A DNA stretch of 64,000 nucleotides from an uncultured Bacteroidales bacterium (GTDB lineage: Bacteria > Bacteroidota > Bacteroidia > Bacteroidales > F082), in NCBI GenBank assembly GCA_946405575.1, contig CAMJHP010000005.1, positions 20,908-84,907 of the forward strand. The letters are read 5' to 3'. Position 1 is the stretch's first letter. Each line of letters opens with the position of its first letter. Under the pieces are notes generated by a model that saw only the letters and a program-made list of their open reading frames with translations, was not told where the DNA came from and ran no database searches. A program made the position numbers and the translations under genes. Shown in pieces: positions 1 to 9,068 of this stretch.

Positions 1-989
1 GTGGCCACCATAACGGCCTTGATGGTATGCATACGGTTCTCAGCCTCGTCGAATACGATGCTGTTCTTGCCTTCGAACACCTCTTCGGTGACCTCGATGC
101 CATCCAAGCCGAATTGCTCGTGAACATCGCGACCCACCTTAGTTTCAAGGTTATGGTAAGCAGGCAAGCAGTGCATGAACTTGCAGCTCGGGTTGCCCGT
201 CATTTCCATCATTTCTTTGTTCACTTGGTAAGGCATAAGCAAATCGATACGCTGTTTCCAGACCTCGGCGGGTTCGCCCATAGATACCCAAACATCGGTG
301 TAGAGGAAGTCGCAACCCTTAACGCCTTTCTTTACGTCGTCGGTCACAGTTACCTTAGCACCCGTTTCTTTGGCGATGGCCTTGCAGGTATCAATAAGTT
401 CCTTGTTGGGTTGCAGTTCCTTGGGAGCCACGATGCGGACGTCCATACCCATCTTGGCACCACCCACCATCAGTGAGTTGCCCATATTGAAGCGGGCATC
501 GCCGCAGTAAGCGAAAGTCACTTGGTTGAGAGGTTTGTCGGTGTGTTCCATCATAGTGAGGAAGTCAGCGAGAATCTGGGTGGGGTGGAACTCGTTGGTC
601 AAGCCGTTCCATACTGGCACACCAGCGTATTTAGCAAGTTCTTCAACGATATCCTGACCGAAGCCACGGTATTCGATGCCGTCGAACATACGGCCCAACA
701 CACGAGCGGTGTCAGCCATCGATTCCTTGATGCCGATTTGTGAGCCAGTAGGGCCGAGGTAGGTGACGTGAGCACCCTGGTCTTTGGCAGCGACTTCGAA
801 AGCGCAACGGGTGCGGGTCGAGGTCTTTTCGAAAATCAGGGCGATGTTCTTGCCCGTCAGTTTGGGTTGTTCGGTGCCTGCATACTTGGCGGCCTTCAGG
901 TCGGCAGCAAGTTTCAGGAAGAACTTAATCTCTTCCGGAGTGAAGTCCAACAACTTCAGGAAGTTTCTGTTTCTGAGGTTAAAAGCCAT
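1..989 (-). CDS. argF: ornithine carbamoyltransferase; its C-terminal end runs off the window edge
   Basis: Absent from the ORF track because it has no stop inside the window. Minus-strand translation from the ATG (complement of 987-989) reads [36 protein letters not shown]... It carries the OTC signatures STRTR, HPTQ, DVWVSMG and HCLP. The + strand ORFs 27-1019 are antisense shadows. Confidence 0.9.
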   Translation of the reverse strand, partial: MAFNLRNRNFLKLLDFTPEEIKFFLKLAADLKAAKYAGTEQPKLTGKNIALIFEKTSTRTRCAFEVAAKDQGAHVTYLGPTGSQIGIKESMADTARVLGRMFDGIEYRGFGQDIVEELAKYAGVPVWNGLTNEFHPTQILADFLTMMEHTDKPLNQVTFAYCGDARFNMGNSLMVGGAKMGMDVRIVAPKELQPNKELIDTCKAIAKETGAKVTVTDDVKKGVKGCDFLYTDVWVSMGEPAEVWKQRIDLLMPYQVNKEMMEMTGNPSCKFMHCLPAYHNLETKVGRDVHEQFGLDGIEVTEEVFEGKNSIVFDEAENRMHTIKAVMVA

Positions 990-1040
990 ATTGTCTTTAA
1001 TTTAAGATTTAATATTTAAAGATTTAAAATTCAAGAATTT

Positions 1041-1150
1041 GCAGCTGGCTTCTGGCTCTTGGCTTCTGGCAGCTTATTGACAAAATGTAAACTTTCATTT
1101 ACCATAGAAGCTGCCAGTAGCCAGAAGCTAATGGCCAGTAGCCAAAATCG
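1041..1150 (-). repeat. heptamer-phased imperfect hairpin E1 in the predicted OTC 5' UTR
   Basis: Plus-strand left arm is GGCTTCT GGCTCTT GGCTTCT GGCAGCT (1047-1074). The loop is ~34 nt. Right arm is AGCTGCC AGTAGCC AGAAGCT AATGGCC AGTAGCC (1109-1143). It shares the 15-mer AAGCTGCCAGTAGCC with 20419-20433. Confidence 0.7.
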
Positions 1151-1153
1151 CTG

Positions 1154-1161
1154 CAAAATTA
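1154..1161 (-). promoter_or_regulatory. candidate Bacteroidota sigma-A -7 box (TAATTTTG) for the OTC gene
   Basis: Plus strand reads CAAAATTA, whose complement matches TAnnTTTG. It lies ~165 nt upstream of the ATG, which places hairpin E1 in the 5' UTR. Confidence 0.45.
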
Positions 1162-1197
1162 GTCTTTTTTCCTTTACCTTTCAATTAATTAAACAAC

Positions 1198-1205
1198 TAT
1201 CTTTG
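1198..1205 (+). promoter_or_regulatory. candidate -7 box TATCTTTG, 4 nt before the DUF3109 ATG (leaderless candidate)
   Basis: Exact TAnnTTTG match ending 4 nt before the ATG at 1210. Confidence 0.4.
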
Positions 1206-1209
1206 CGCC

Positions 1210-1773
1210 ATGATTATCCTCGACAATGTAGTCGTCACTGACGAATTCCTGAAAGCCCAATTCTGTTGCTGCTTACCCCGCTGCAAAGGCTGGTGTTGTG
1301 TGGCCGGCGATGCTGGCGCACCTCTTGAAGCCTCTGAAATAGAACAGATTGAAGATAACTTAGAAGCCATCAAGCCGTATATGCGCACCGAAGGCATCAA
1401 AGTGATTGAAGACAACGATGTTTATGACTATGACGAGACGGGCGAACTCGTCACGCCTTTAGTGAACGGCGAGGAATGTGCTTTCGTCTACTTTCACGAG
1501 AACGGCACAGCCCTTTGCGCTATCGAAAAGGCCTACCTGGAAGGCAAATGCGACTTCTGGAAACCCATTTCATGCCACCTCTACCCTATCCGCTTGGTTG
1601 AAAAGGACGGTTTCACCCACATCCTCTACCACGAATGGAGCGTATGTGTGCCTGCCAAACGCAAGGGCGAGCGTGATAGCATCCCACTGTGGAAATTCCT
1701 CCGAGCTCCAATGATCCGCAAATTTGGTGAAGATTGGTATGCCCGTTTGGAGAAAATGATCCAGAAAGAATAA
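1210..1773 (+). CDS. DUF3109-like Cys-rich protein
   Basis: 187-aa ORF with the motif FCCCLPRCKGWCCVAGDAGAPLE, typical of the Bacteroidales DUF3109 family. The family name is from memory. Confidence 0.7.
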   Translation: MIILDNVVVTDEFLKAQFCCCLPRCKGWCCVAGDAGAPLEASEIEQIEDNLEAIKPYMRTEGIKVIEDNDVYDYDETGELVTPLVNGEECAFVYFHENGTALCAIEKAYLEGKCDFWKPISCHLYPIRLVEKDGFTHILYHEWSVCVPAKRKGERDSIPLWKFLRAPMIRKFGEDWYARLEKMIQKE

Positions 1774-1841
1774 ACTAATTTAGACATTCTGCCGTTATCA
1801 TTTTGTATTTGTCGTACATTCGCTACCGTAAACTGTAAGGA

Positions 1842-2624
1842 TTGAAACAGCTGCTTTTCATATTAACCCTTGTGCTGTGTACTATCGCAACCTTAGCCCA
1901 AAGCGAGGACGCGCCAAAACAAAAGCGTGTTGACTTCTATGGATATGTGGTCACCGCCGACAGTCTCCATCCCATTAGAAACACGCATGTTATCAGTAAG
2001 ATGGCACATTGTGGCACTATCACCGACCGACAGGGTAAATTCCACATCCAAGCAAGGCAAATTGACACGCTTTGGGTGAGTTGCGTCGGCTATGCACGAC
2101 GTCTTGTCGCCCTCGATACGACACTCACTACTTCCGACACGCTTGTCATCCGCCTACGCCCCGAAACTATCACCTTGCGCGAGGTGACTGTGCTCCCTTT
2201 CAGCAACTACGAGGGTTTCAAGGAGTTTCTCATCTCTATGCCGAGCATTGAGACTCCCGACGAGATAAAACGAATGTATGATGACCTCGATGAGCTTTGG
2301 CTGAGTCGTGTCCCTGTGGGCAATGGTAAACCCACCATTACCGCAAATCCCATCCAATTCCTTTATGACAAATATAATGCCTCAGCCCGACGTCAGGCTA
2401 CACTACGCCGCAACCGTCGTATGTATAACGACGTTTTACGCGAACAAGGTCGCACAGACGAACTTCTTCCCGACTCATTGGATTTTGCCATTAATTACAA
2501 ATTGTATGAACTCGACGAAGCCGTCGAAAGCAAAAAAAGCAAGAATGAACTTGACACAACAAACGTAGTGGGTAAAATCAAGCCTATGGTTCCGAGAAAA
2601 AAATACATCCATTTTGGACAATAA
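1842..2624 (+). CDS. secreted protein with a CarboxypepD_reg-like N-terminal domain
   Basis: TTG start followed directly by a signal peptide (MKQLLFILTLVLCTIATLAQS). YGYVVTADSLHPIRNTHV...TDRQGKFHI resembles the carboxypeptidase regulatory-like fold. Confidence 0.6.
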   Translation: MKQLLFILTLVLCTIATLAQSEDAPKQKRVDFYGYVVTADSLHPIRNTHVISKMAHCGTITDRQGKFHIQARQIDTLWVSCVGYARRLVALDTTLTTSDTLVIRLRPETITLREVTVLPFSNYEGFKEFLISMPSIETPDEIKRMYDDLDELWLSRVPVGNGKPTITANPIQFLYDKYNASARRQATLRRNRRMYNDVLREQGRTDELLPDSLDFAINYKLYELDEAVESKKSKNELDTTNVVGKIKPMVPRKKYIHFGQ

Positions 2625-2635
2625 ACCATCCAACT

Positions 2636-3334
2636 ATGACCTTTCGCGACTGGCTCAATAGTATCCTCAACTTATTCTATCCTCGCGTATGTGCCGCCTG
2701 TGGAGAGCCTTTGCTCAAGGATGAAGAAACCGTTTGCCTGAAATGCCGCTATTTGCTACCCAAAACGGGCTATGAACTCAATCCCGACAATCCTTTGGCA
2801 CAAACTTTTTATGGTCGCGTCAAGTTCCATGCCGTGACTGCTTGTTTTTTCTTTGCCAAAACGGGCAAGGTGCAACACCTCATCCATGAGCTGAAATACA
2901 AAGGCAACAAGGAAGCAGGCATTTTTCTCGGTCAGCAGTTGGGAGAAACCATCAGGGAGGCTCCTTTATTTCAAGGCATTGATTATCTGATTCCCGTGCC
3001 ATTGCATCCCAAGCGCGAGAAACAACGCGGCTACAACCAAAGCCTGATGATTGCGAAAGGTATTAACGAGGTTACAGGCATCGCCATTGGCGACAAATTC
3101 CTTGTCAGAGGCATCTATACCGAAACGCAAACCCACAAAACGGCCGAGGAACGTTTCAAGAACGTAAAGGACATCTTTGAAGTACGTTTTGCCGACGAGC
3201 TAAAAGGGAAGCACGTCCTCCTTATCGATGACGTGCTGACTACAGGTGCTACACTTGAATCGTGTGCGCACCAATTGGAAAACATTCCAGGTATTACCAT
3301 TAGCGCGGCCACAGCGGCTTGCGCTGGGAATTAA
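2636..3334 (+). CDS. comF: ComF-family phosphoribosyltransferase-domain protein
   Basis: N-terminal CxxC...CxxC zinc-finger-like motif and the PRTase motif VLLIDDVLTTGATL. Confidence 0.8.
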   Translation: MTFRDWLNSILNLFYPRVCAACGEPLLKDEETVCLKCRYLLPKTGYELNPDNPLAQTFYGRVKFHAVTACFFFAKTGKVQHLIHELKYKGNKEAGIFLGQQLGETIREAPLFQGIDYLIPVPLHPKREKQRGYNQSLMIAKGINEVTGIAIGDKFLVRGIYTETQTHKTAEERFKNVKDIFEVRFADELKGKHVLLIDDVLTTGATLESCAHQLENIPGITISAATAACAGN

Positions 3335-3357
3335 TGCTCGTAAGGCTGTCATATTAA

Positions 3358-3392
3358 GGCAGCCGCTGTTTTTGTTTTTCACAGCGGCTGCC
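3358..3392. terminator. bidirectional intrinsic terminator between the convergent comF and buk genes
   Basis: Perfect 12-bp inverted repeat GGCAGCCGCTGT / ACAGCGGCTGCC around a T-rich loop. Confidence 0.65.
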
Positions 3393-3428
3393 GTGGTACG
3401 ACAGCCCTACAATTCCTATAATGAATGA

Positions 3429-4505
3429 TTATTCTTTATAGGTTTTCACTTCAGCCTCACCATTGAGGACCATCAGTCCATTCAAGGCCAAGGCCTTCAT
3501 CTCGTCTTCACCGGGATAGACATAGACGGGTGCAATCTTCTCGACATGGGATTTCACCAAAGCGCAGAAACCTTTGTCATAGGCCATACCTCCTGTGAGG
3601 AAAATGGCATCAACGTCCATACTCATAGCCGAGGCCGCGAGACCACCGACTTCTTTGGCCACTTGGTAAGCCATAGCATTGTAGACCTTCTCCCATTCTT
3701 TGTTGCCTGCCTTTACGGCGTTTTCAACCTCAAGGGCATCGTTGGTGCCGAGGTAAGCGACAAAGCCACCTTTACCCTTCAACATCTGGCCGATTTCCTT
3801 CTTGGTGTACTTGCCACTGAAGCAGGCATCAACAAGGAAGCCAGCAGGCAACGAGCCAGCACGTTCGGGAGTGAAGGGACCATCACCATTCAAGGCGTTG
3901 TTGGTATCGACCACGCGACCTTTCTTGTGGGCACTGACCGAGATACCGCCACCGAGGTGGATGGCGATGATGTTCATATCCTCATACTTGCGACCAAGGT
4001 CTTTGGCCAGTTGACGAGCGATGATCTTTTGGTTCAAGGCATGGAAGATTGAGATACGTGGGAACAGTGGGTGACCTGAGTATCGCGCCACTTCGTCCAT
4101 CTCGTCAACTACGACAGGGTCGGCAATGTAGGCTTTTACACCGATTTCTTTGGCGATGTCGTTGGCGATGAGGCCACCGAGATTGGAGGCATGTTCACCA
4201 TTGTAGCCTTCCATAAGGTCTTTAATCATAAGATCGTTCACTTCGTAGACACCCGAGACGAGCGGACGGAGCAAACCACCACGACCCACGACGCAAGCCA
4301 TTTCACTCAAGTCAATACCAGCCTCTTTCAGCTCGCGCTTGATGGCTTCGGTGCGGAAAGGCTTTTGGTCGGCGATGTGCTCATATTTCGAGACTTCTTC
4401 GGTGGAGTGCTTCAGGTTTTTCTTGAAGACTTGTTCTTCCCCATCAAAGACGGCGATTTTCGTCGATGTGGAACCAGGATTGATGGTTAATATTTTGTGT
4501 GCCAT
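3429..4505 (-). CDS. buk: butyrate kinase
   Basis: 358 aa. N-terminus KILTINPGSTSTKIAVF is typical of the acetate/butyrate kinase family. It lies directly downstream of ptb. Confidence 0.9.
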   Translation of the reverse strand: MAHKILTINPGSTSTKIAVFDGEEQVFKKNLKHSTEEVSKYEHIADQKPFRTEAIKRELKEAGIDLSEMACVVGRGGLLRPLVSGVYEVNDLMIKDLMEGYNGEHASNLGGLIANDIAKEIGVKAYIADPVVVDEMDEVARYSGHPLFPRISIFHALNQKIIARQLAKDLGRKYEDMNIIAIHLGGGISVSAHKKGRVVDTNNALNGDGPFTPERAGSLPAGFLVDACFSGKYTKKEIGQMLKGKGGFVAYLGTNDALEVENAVKAGNKEWEKVYNAMAYQVAKEVGGLAASAMSMDVDAIFLTGGMAYDKGFCALVKSHVEKIAPVYVYPGEDEMKALALNGLMVLNGEAEVKTYKE

Positions 4506-4530
4506 AATGTTAGATTTTTGTGATTTTCAA

Positions 4531-4558
4531 GTAGTGACGCGATAAATCGCATCACTAC
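4531..4558 (-). other. intercistronic hairpin between ptb and buk
   Basis: GTAGTGACGCGAT aa ATCGCATCACTAC. The single mismatch becomes a G-U pair only in the mRNA (minus) sense. Confidence 0.55.
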
Positions 4559-4570
4559 CAACCATTTACT

Positions 4571-5473
4571 TTATGCAAGCATCGCCGCTAAAGCGATGGA
4601 GTACAATTTGGTCTTCGACGTGTCGCCACGTGAACTGAGCACGCAAGGCACCTTGGCACCCATCAGCATAGCACCCACTTCGCTCTTATCAAACTTGGTG
4701 CAACATTTGTAAAACACATTGGAGGCTTCAAGATTGGAGAACACAAGGCAGTCGGCATCACCGGCCACGGGGTTCTTCATACCCTTGATGGCAGCTGTCT
4801 CGGCATCCAAGGCGAGGTCGAGGCTGATAGGACCTTCCACCATGCAACCTTTGATTTGGCCGCGCTCAGCCATCTTGGCGATGATGGCAGCATCGACGCA
4901 AGCGGGAATGCCGGCACTCATCTGTTCGGTGGCAGTCACCATGGCGACTTTCGGGCAGCTGGTGCCTAAAGCCTTAGAAACGGTGGTCACATACTTCAGC
5001 AACTGTTGTTTCTGTTTGATGTCAGGAAGCGGAATGATGGCGCAGTCCGAGGCCACAAGCAACTTGTGATAATTGGGATTCTCGATGACAGCAACATGGG
5101 CCAAAGTAACATTGGGCGGGCAGAGGCCGCGTTCCTTGTTGAGGATGGCGCGCATATACTTGTCGGTGGGGAGCAGACCCTTCATCAAGATGTCTGCTTC
5201 GCCAGCGTTGATGATATCGCAAGCCATAGCAGCAGCCTTTGTGTCAACAGGCTCATGGATGATTTTGAAGTTGTTGGGGTCGATGTTCTCGGATTTGCAC
5301 ACTTCTCTGATGACAGCTTCATCACCAAGGAGAGTGGCTTCGATGAGACCTTCCTTAACGGCAGCATTCACTGCACAAATTGTGTGATCATCATTGGCAT
5401 AAGCAGCCACAAGGCGTTTCTTAGGTTTGCTGCGCAAAACCTCGAACATTTGCTCTAATTTTCTGATTTCCAT
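4571..5473 (-). CDS. ptb: phosphate butyryltransferase (PTA/PTB family)
   Basis: 300 aa of PTA_PTB-like sequence, in the classic ptb-buk gene pair. Confidence 0.85.
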   Translation of the reverse strand: MEIRKLEQMFEVLRSKPKKRLVAAYANDDHTICAVNAAVKEGLIEATLLGDEAVIREVCKSENIDPNNFKIIHEPVDTKAAAMACDIINAGEADILMKGLLPTDKYMRAILNKERGLCPPNVTLAHVAVIENPNYHKLLVASDCAIIPLPDIKQKQQLLKYVTTVSKALGTSCPKVAMVTATEQMSAGIPACVDAAIIAKMAERGQIKGCMVEGPISLDLALDAETAAIKGMKNPVAGDADCLVFSNLEASNVFYKCCTKFDKSEVGAMLMGAKVPCVLSSRGDTSKTKLYSIALAAMLA

Positions 5474-5596
5474 AATTTTGTATTTAACGATTTGATATTT
5501 AAAATTCCAAATTTCGAATTATATCAAGACTTTATGTCTCGGGATTTTTAGCACGCTTAGTGTCTTTGCGAGGCACAAAGCAATTCAGATGAACCG

Positions 5597-5604
5597 CAAA
5601 AGTA
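5597..5604 (-). promoter_or_regulatory. candidate -7 box TACTTTTG for ptb-buk
   Basis: Complement of CAAAAGTA, about 125 nt upstream of the ptb ATG. Confidence 0.45.
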
Positions 5605-5728
5605 CAAAATAAAAGTATTCAAAACAAAGGAAACTGAAACAATAAATAATTTTGCCTTTCAGCTGGATGCTTTGATATGCTAAGCAACCCTTGCCAAAAG
5701 GCGAAATCTTCAGATATTTGGAATCGAA

Positions 5729-8206
5729 TCAGTAATAAATAATATTCAAATCAAGCCGTTTTTCCTGCAACTGATCAACGGCACGTTTTTTCACCTTAGT
5801 GTTATAAACTTTCAACTGCTTCAATGAAGGAATGTTCTCAACAGCCGAAATGCTGCGTACATTGGTATTGTTGACAAACAAATTCTCCAATTTCTGCAAG
5901 TTTGACAATGGTTTCAGTGATTTTACAGGAGTACCGCTGGCATTCAAAGTCACCAAATTGTTCATCTTTGAGAGAGGGCTCAGATCTTTAATCTGAGTGT
6001 TCTCGACGTTGAGCAACTCCAACAAAGTGCTACTTTCAATAGGCGATAGGTTACTTATGGGATTGTTTTGAGCATTAAGTTCCAATAAAAACTCTTTATC
6101 GGTCAAAGGCATCAAGTCGCTGACTCCTTGGTTATTGATGGTCAAACGCTCGAGCCACATTAAACCGATGAGTGGCTCAATGGTGATGATGGGGAATTCA
6201 GAGGTAATTTCAAGCTCTCTTAAATCCATAATCCTTTGAAGTTCTAAGGCATTAGGTGTTTCCGACTGAGTGGCGATGGCATTACGGAAGATGGCTTGCC
6301 AAATCGGGTCGAGACCATTCCACCATTCGGTTAACGCTTGCGTTTGATATACCACTGTCACTTGACGTTGATTCTCTTTCAGTGCTACTACTTGTGTCTT
6401 ACCAATAGTGGTGCTGTCGGCATCAATCACCTCAATATTACTGTCGTTGACCAAAACAGATAAGTCGTTGACAAGCGTATTCATAATATTGAGATACTTC
6501 AAACTGCTCATATCCTTCAAAGGCCTGAGGTCGCTAATGTAGGTATGCGATATGTTGAGTGATTCTAAATTGGCTAAGCCTTGAATAGGCTGCAGGAAAT
6601 TGATTTCTGTATTTGAGATGTTCAGTGTGCGAAGGTTAGTCAGACGACTGACGGGCATCAAGTTCTGCATAAAAGTATTTCCCGAAAGGTCTAGCTCCTG
6701 CATATTAATAATTTGATGCAACTGCTCAGTTGTAGGTTCCGAATCAACTTGTATCTGTTTGGAAAATACGGCTTTCCAATAGATGGGTAGTTCACGCCAC
6801 CAAGTTTTCAAAGCCTCAGTGTCATAAATGACTAAAGTGAAAGGATTGGTTTGTGTAAAAGCGTTTGCTTCAGCATCATGGATGCCAGAATGGTCACAAT
6901 AAATTTTGCTCAAACGACGGTTTCCTTTCAAAGATGTAAGATCACCAATAGATGTATTGCTACAATAGAGTTCTCTCAGATTTTCCAGTTCATTCAAAGC
7001 CTGTAGGTTGCTGACTGCCGAACCTGATATGTTGAGACTTTGGAGGTCTTTTAGGTTGCGCAGCGGGCCAAGGTCGCGAACGGAAGTGTTGCTGATGTCA
7101 ATATTTTTGAGTTGTTCAAGTTCTTGCAAAATGCCGATATTAGCAATGCGGGTGCCGCCTAAGTTAACTATGGTGAGCTTCGGACAACTTTTCAAATTGG
7201 AAATACGGCTAACCTGGGTGTTATTGAGGTTCAGTTTCTGAAGGTTTCTTAAAGAAGAAAGCACACTAAGGTCTTCTATGGTAGTGTTGGCCACTTCGAG
7301 TTCTTCAAGTGTAATATTGTATTTTAGGGAAGAAATATCTTCTATTAAAGTGGAATTGGCACGCAATACTTTCAATTTGTTTAGATTACGCACAGGGGAA
7401 AGGTCTTCTATAGAGGTTTCCGAAATATCTAACCAAGTCAAGTCTGATAATTCACTGAGCGGTTCCAAAGAGATAATCTCGCGGATGCCGGAAATATCGA
7501 CACGTTGTTTCTGGGTGACGAGCTTCAGCTTGGCATCAAGTTCAGTGAAACTTGAGAGGGCATTGGTGTTGAGCTCTGACAAAGATGTGCTGTCATCGAG
7601 AATAATATCGCTGCCTAGACGATTTTTCCAATTCTGTGACAAACCGTTCCACCAATTGCGAAGTGCCTCTTTTTCATTGATTTTAGTAGTGTAAATGCTG
7701 GCTATTTTTATGCTGTTGTTCTGTCGGTCGAGGTTGATTTCGACAAAACGGTTTTTCATATCATCGACAGCTTCGTTAGTAATGGTTTTGGCTGTCAGAT
7801 GCCGAGTCAGAGAGGCTTTGAAAAAGATAGTACCGTCGTCTCTTGTGTTATTGGCAATGCTTTGTAATTCAAGCTTGAAATTAGCCCATTTGAAAAAGAA
7901 ATCGATGTCTTTCAGATAGGCCTGTACGTCCTTGTTGATAGGGGTTTTGCGGTTCACATCGAGATCATCTTCGATTTGCACCTTATCGTCAATAAAGATC
8001 TTACTCCAGCTTTCTGTAAACACGATTTCCTTTTCCAAAGCCGATGTGGTACTATCGCCGAGGAAGTTCATCGTTTCCTCCAAGTACGTAATCATATTGT
8101 TGATTTCGTTTTCATACTTTGCGATTTCGTCTTTGGAAAGTTTCTGAGCGTGACCTCCAAAAGCCATACCAAACAACAATATAGAGAGAATGGCTATCTT
8201 TTTCAT
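5729..8206 (-). CDS. secreted leucine-rich-repeat protein (825 aa) with three repeated LRR blocks
   Basis: The track ORF extends to 8305. The signal peptide MKKIAILSILLFGMAFGGHAQ begins at the ATG at complement 8204-8206, which overlaps the upstream stop as ATGA. There are dozens of ~22-aa LxxLxLxxTxIxDLSPL repeats. Confidence 0.85.
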   Translation of the reverse strand: MKKIAILSILLFGMAFGGHAQKLSKDEIAKYENEINNMITYLEETMNFLGDSTTSALEKEIVFTESWSKIFIDDKVQIEDDLDVNRKTPINKDVQAYLKDIDFFFKWANFKLELQSIANNTRDDGTIFFKASLTRHLTAKTITNEAVDDMKNRFVEINLDRQNNSIKIASIYTTKINEKEALRNWWNGLSQNWKNRLGSDIILDDSTSLSELNTNALSSFTELDAKLKLVTQKQRVDISGIREIISLEPLSELSDLTWLDISETSIEDLSPVRNLNKLKVLRANSTLIEDISSLKYNITLEELEVANTTIEDLSVLSSLRNLQKLNLNNTQVSRISNLKSCPKLTIVNLGGTRIANIGILQELEQLKNIDISNTSVRDLGPLRNLKDLQSLNISGSAVSNLQALNELENLRELYCSNTSIGDLTSLKGNRRLSKIYCDHSGIHDAEANAFTQTNPFTLVIYDTEALKTWWRELPIYWKAVFSKQIQVDSEPTTEQLHQIINMQELDLSGNTFMQNLMPVSRLTNLRTLNISNTEINFLQPIQGLANLESLNISHTYISDLRPLKDMSSLKYLNIMNTLVNDLSVLVNDSNIEVIDADSTTIGKTQVVALKENQRQVTVVYQTQALTEWWNGLDPIWQAIFRNAIATQSETPNALELQRIMDLRELEITSEFPIITIEPLIGLMWLERLTINNQGVSDLMPLTDKEFLLELNAQNNPISNLSPIESSTLLELLNVENTQIKDLSPLSKMNNLVTLNASGTPVKSLKPLSNLQKLENLFVNNTNVRSISAVENIPSLKQLKVYNTKVKKRAVDQLQEKRLDLNIIYY

Positions 8207-9039
8207 GGTTGATAAAATTTGATGAGATTGGTTTTTTCCTTTTCTGGCATATAAACGACATTCGACATAAGCCAACCGGAGTTGAGACCCGAGCGGTTGA
8301 ACCACGACACTTCAAAATACCAGTCCTTGATTTGCAGGACGTGAAATTTGACTGAGTCGACATGCTGGAATACCAGTTTGCCCTGTTTGATTTCGTAGAA
8401 AAACAAAGTCAGATAATCGGGTTGGAATTCTTTCGAGGCATAATAATCAACAACTTCAGGATTTTGGAAGACTTTGTAAATATTCATAAAATCGAGTTCG
8501 TGGCTCATTGGATGCAGAAAATGCTTTTCCCTTTCAGCAATTTCTCCTTGTGGAAAAAGTTTGTTGAATTCTGAGAAATACACATTTGTAAGCACCCATT
8601 TTGAGCCTAAGCCTTCTTTTTCGACTGTCAAGAAGAGCATCACTTTGGCATCTTTACCGTTATACTTGAAAGTACACGACACCTCAGAGAACCATCTGCC
8701 GCCGAGGAAGGTCATATATGTGGAATCACCTTTGGTGACGTCCTCGATAAAATAGCGTTGCAAGTCTGTTTGGGTACCATATTTCTCTTGGTCGAAAAGG
8801 ATGGGCAGAGACTTACGACGCATTTCGTTGCTGCGGAAATTGGGGTCTTTGGGGTTGAGACGTTCACCGAACTGGTCTTCCTCATAGTTAAATCGGCGCA
8901 TAAACTGACCCATCTGCTTGGTCATTGCATAAAGCTCTGTTTCGTCCATCTTAAAATCGCCAATGGTTTGGGCGAAAGTATTGCCAACCAGCAGAAACAC
9001 TATGGCAAGAAACGTGATATTTCGGAGGTGAGTTTTCAA
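8203..9039 (-). CDS. hypothetical secreted protein (278 aa)
   Basis: Signal peptide MKTHLRNITFLAIVFLLVGNTFAQ. It is translationally coupled to the LRR gene. I recognise no family. Confidence 0.75.
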   Translation of the reverse strand: MKTHLRNITFLAIVFLLVGNTFAQTIGDFKMDETELYAMTKQMGQFMRRFNYEEDQFGERLNPKDPNFRSNEMRRKSLPILFDQEKYGTQTDLQRYFIEDVTKGDSTYMTFLGGRWFSEVSCTFKYNGKDAKVMLFLTVEKEGLGSKWVLTNVYFSEFNKLFPQGEIAEREKHFLHPMSHELDFMNIYKVFQNPEVVDYYASKEFQPDYLTLFFYEIKQGKLVFQHVDSVKFHVLQIKDWYFEVSWFNRSGLNSGWLMSNVVYMPEKEKTNLIKFYQP

Positions 9040-9068
9040 TTCGAAAAGTTCTTTTTACACCTATATAT

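Noticed and set aside
27-1019. Five + strand ORFs of 73-149 aa (27-476, 522-743, 768-1019, 784-1005 and others).
   Set aside because: They are antisense shadows of the minus-strand ornithine carbamoyltransferase, which translates cleanly with all OTC motifs. The + strand products are low-complexity and motif-free.
8207-8305. N-terminal extensions in the track for several genes: LRR to 8305, M14 to 15375, ROK from 15263, Sel1 to 17331, BlaI to 24146, ManC from 51339, LutB to 61716 and ThpR to 11099.
   Set aside because: In each case an internal Met begins a signal peptide or a conserved N-terminal motif. Many of the extensions also run into the neighbouring gene or its promoter.
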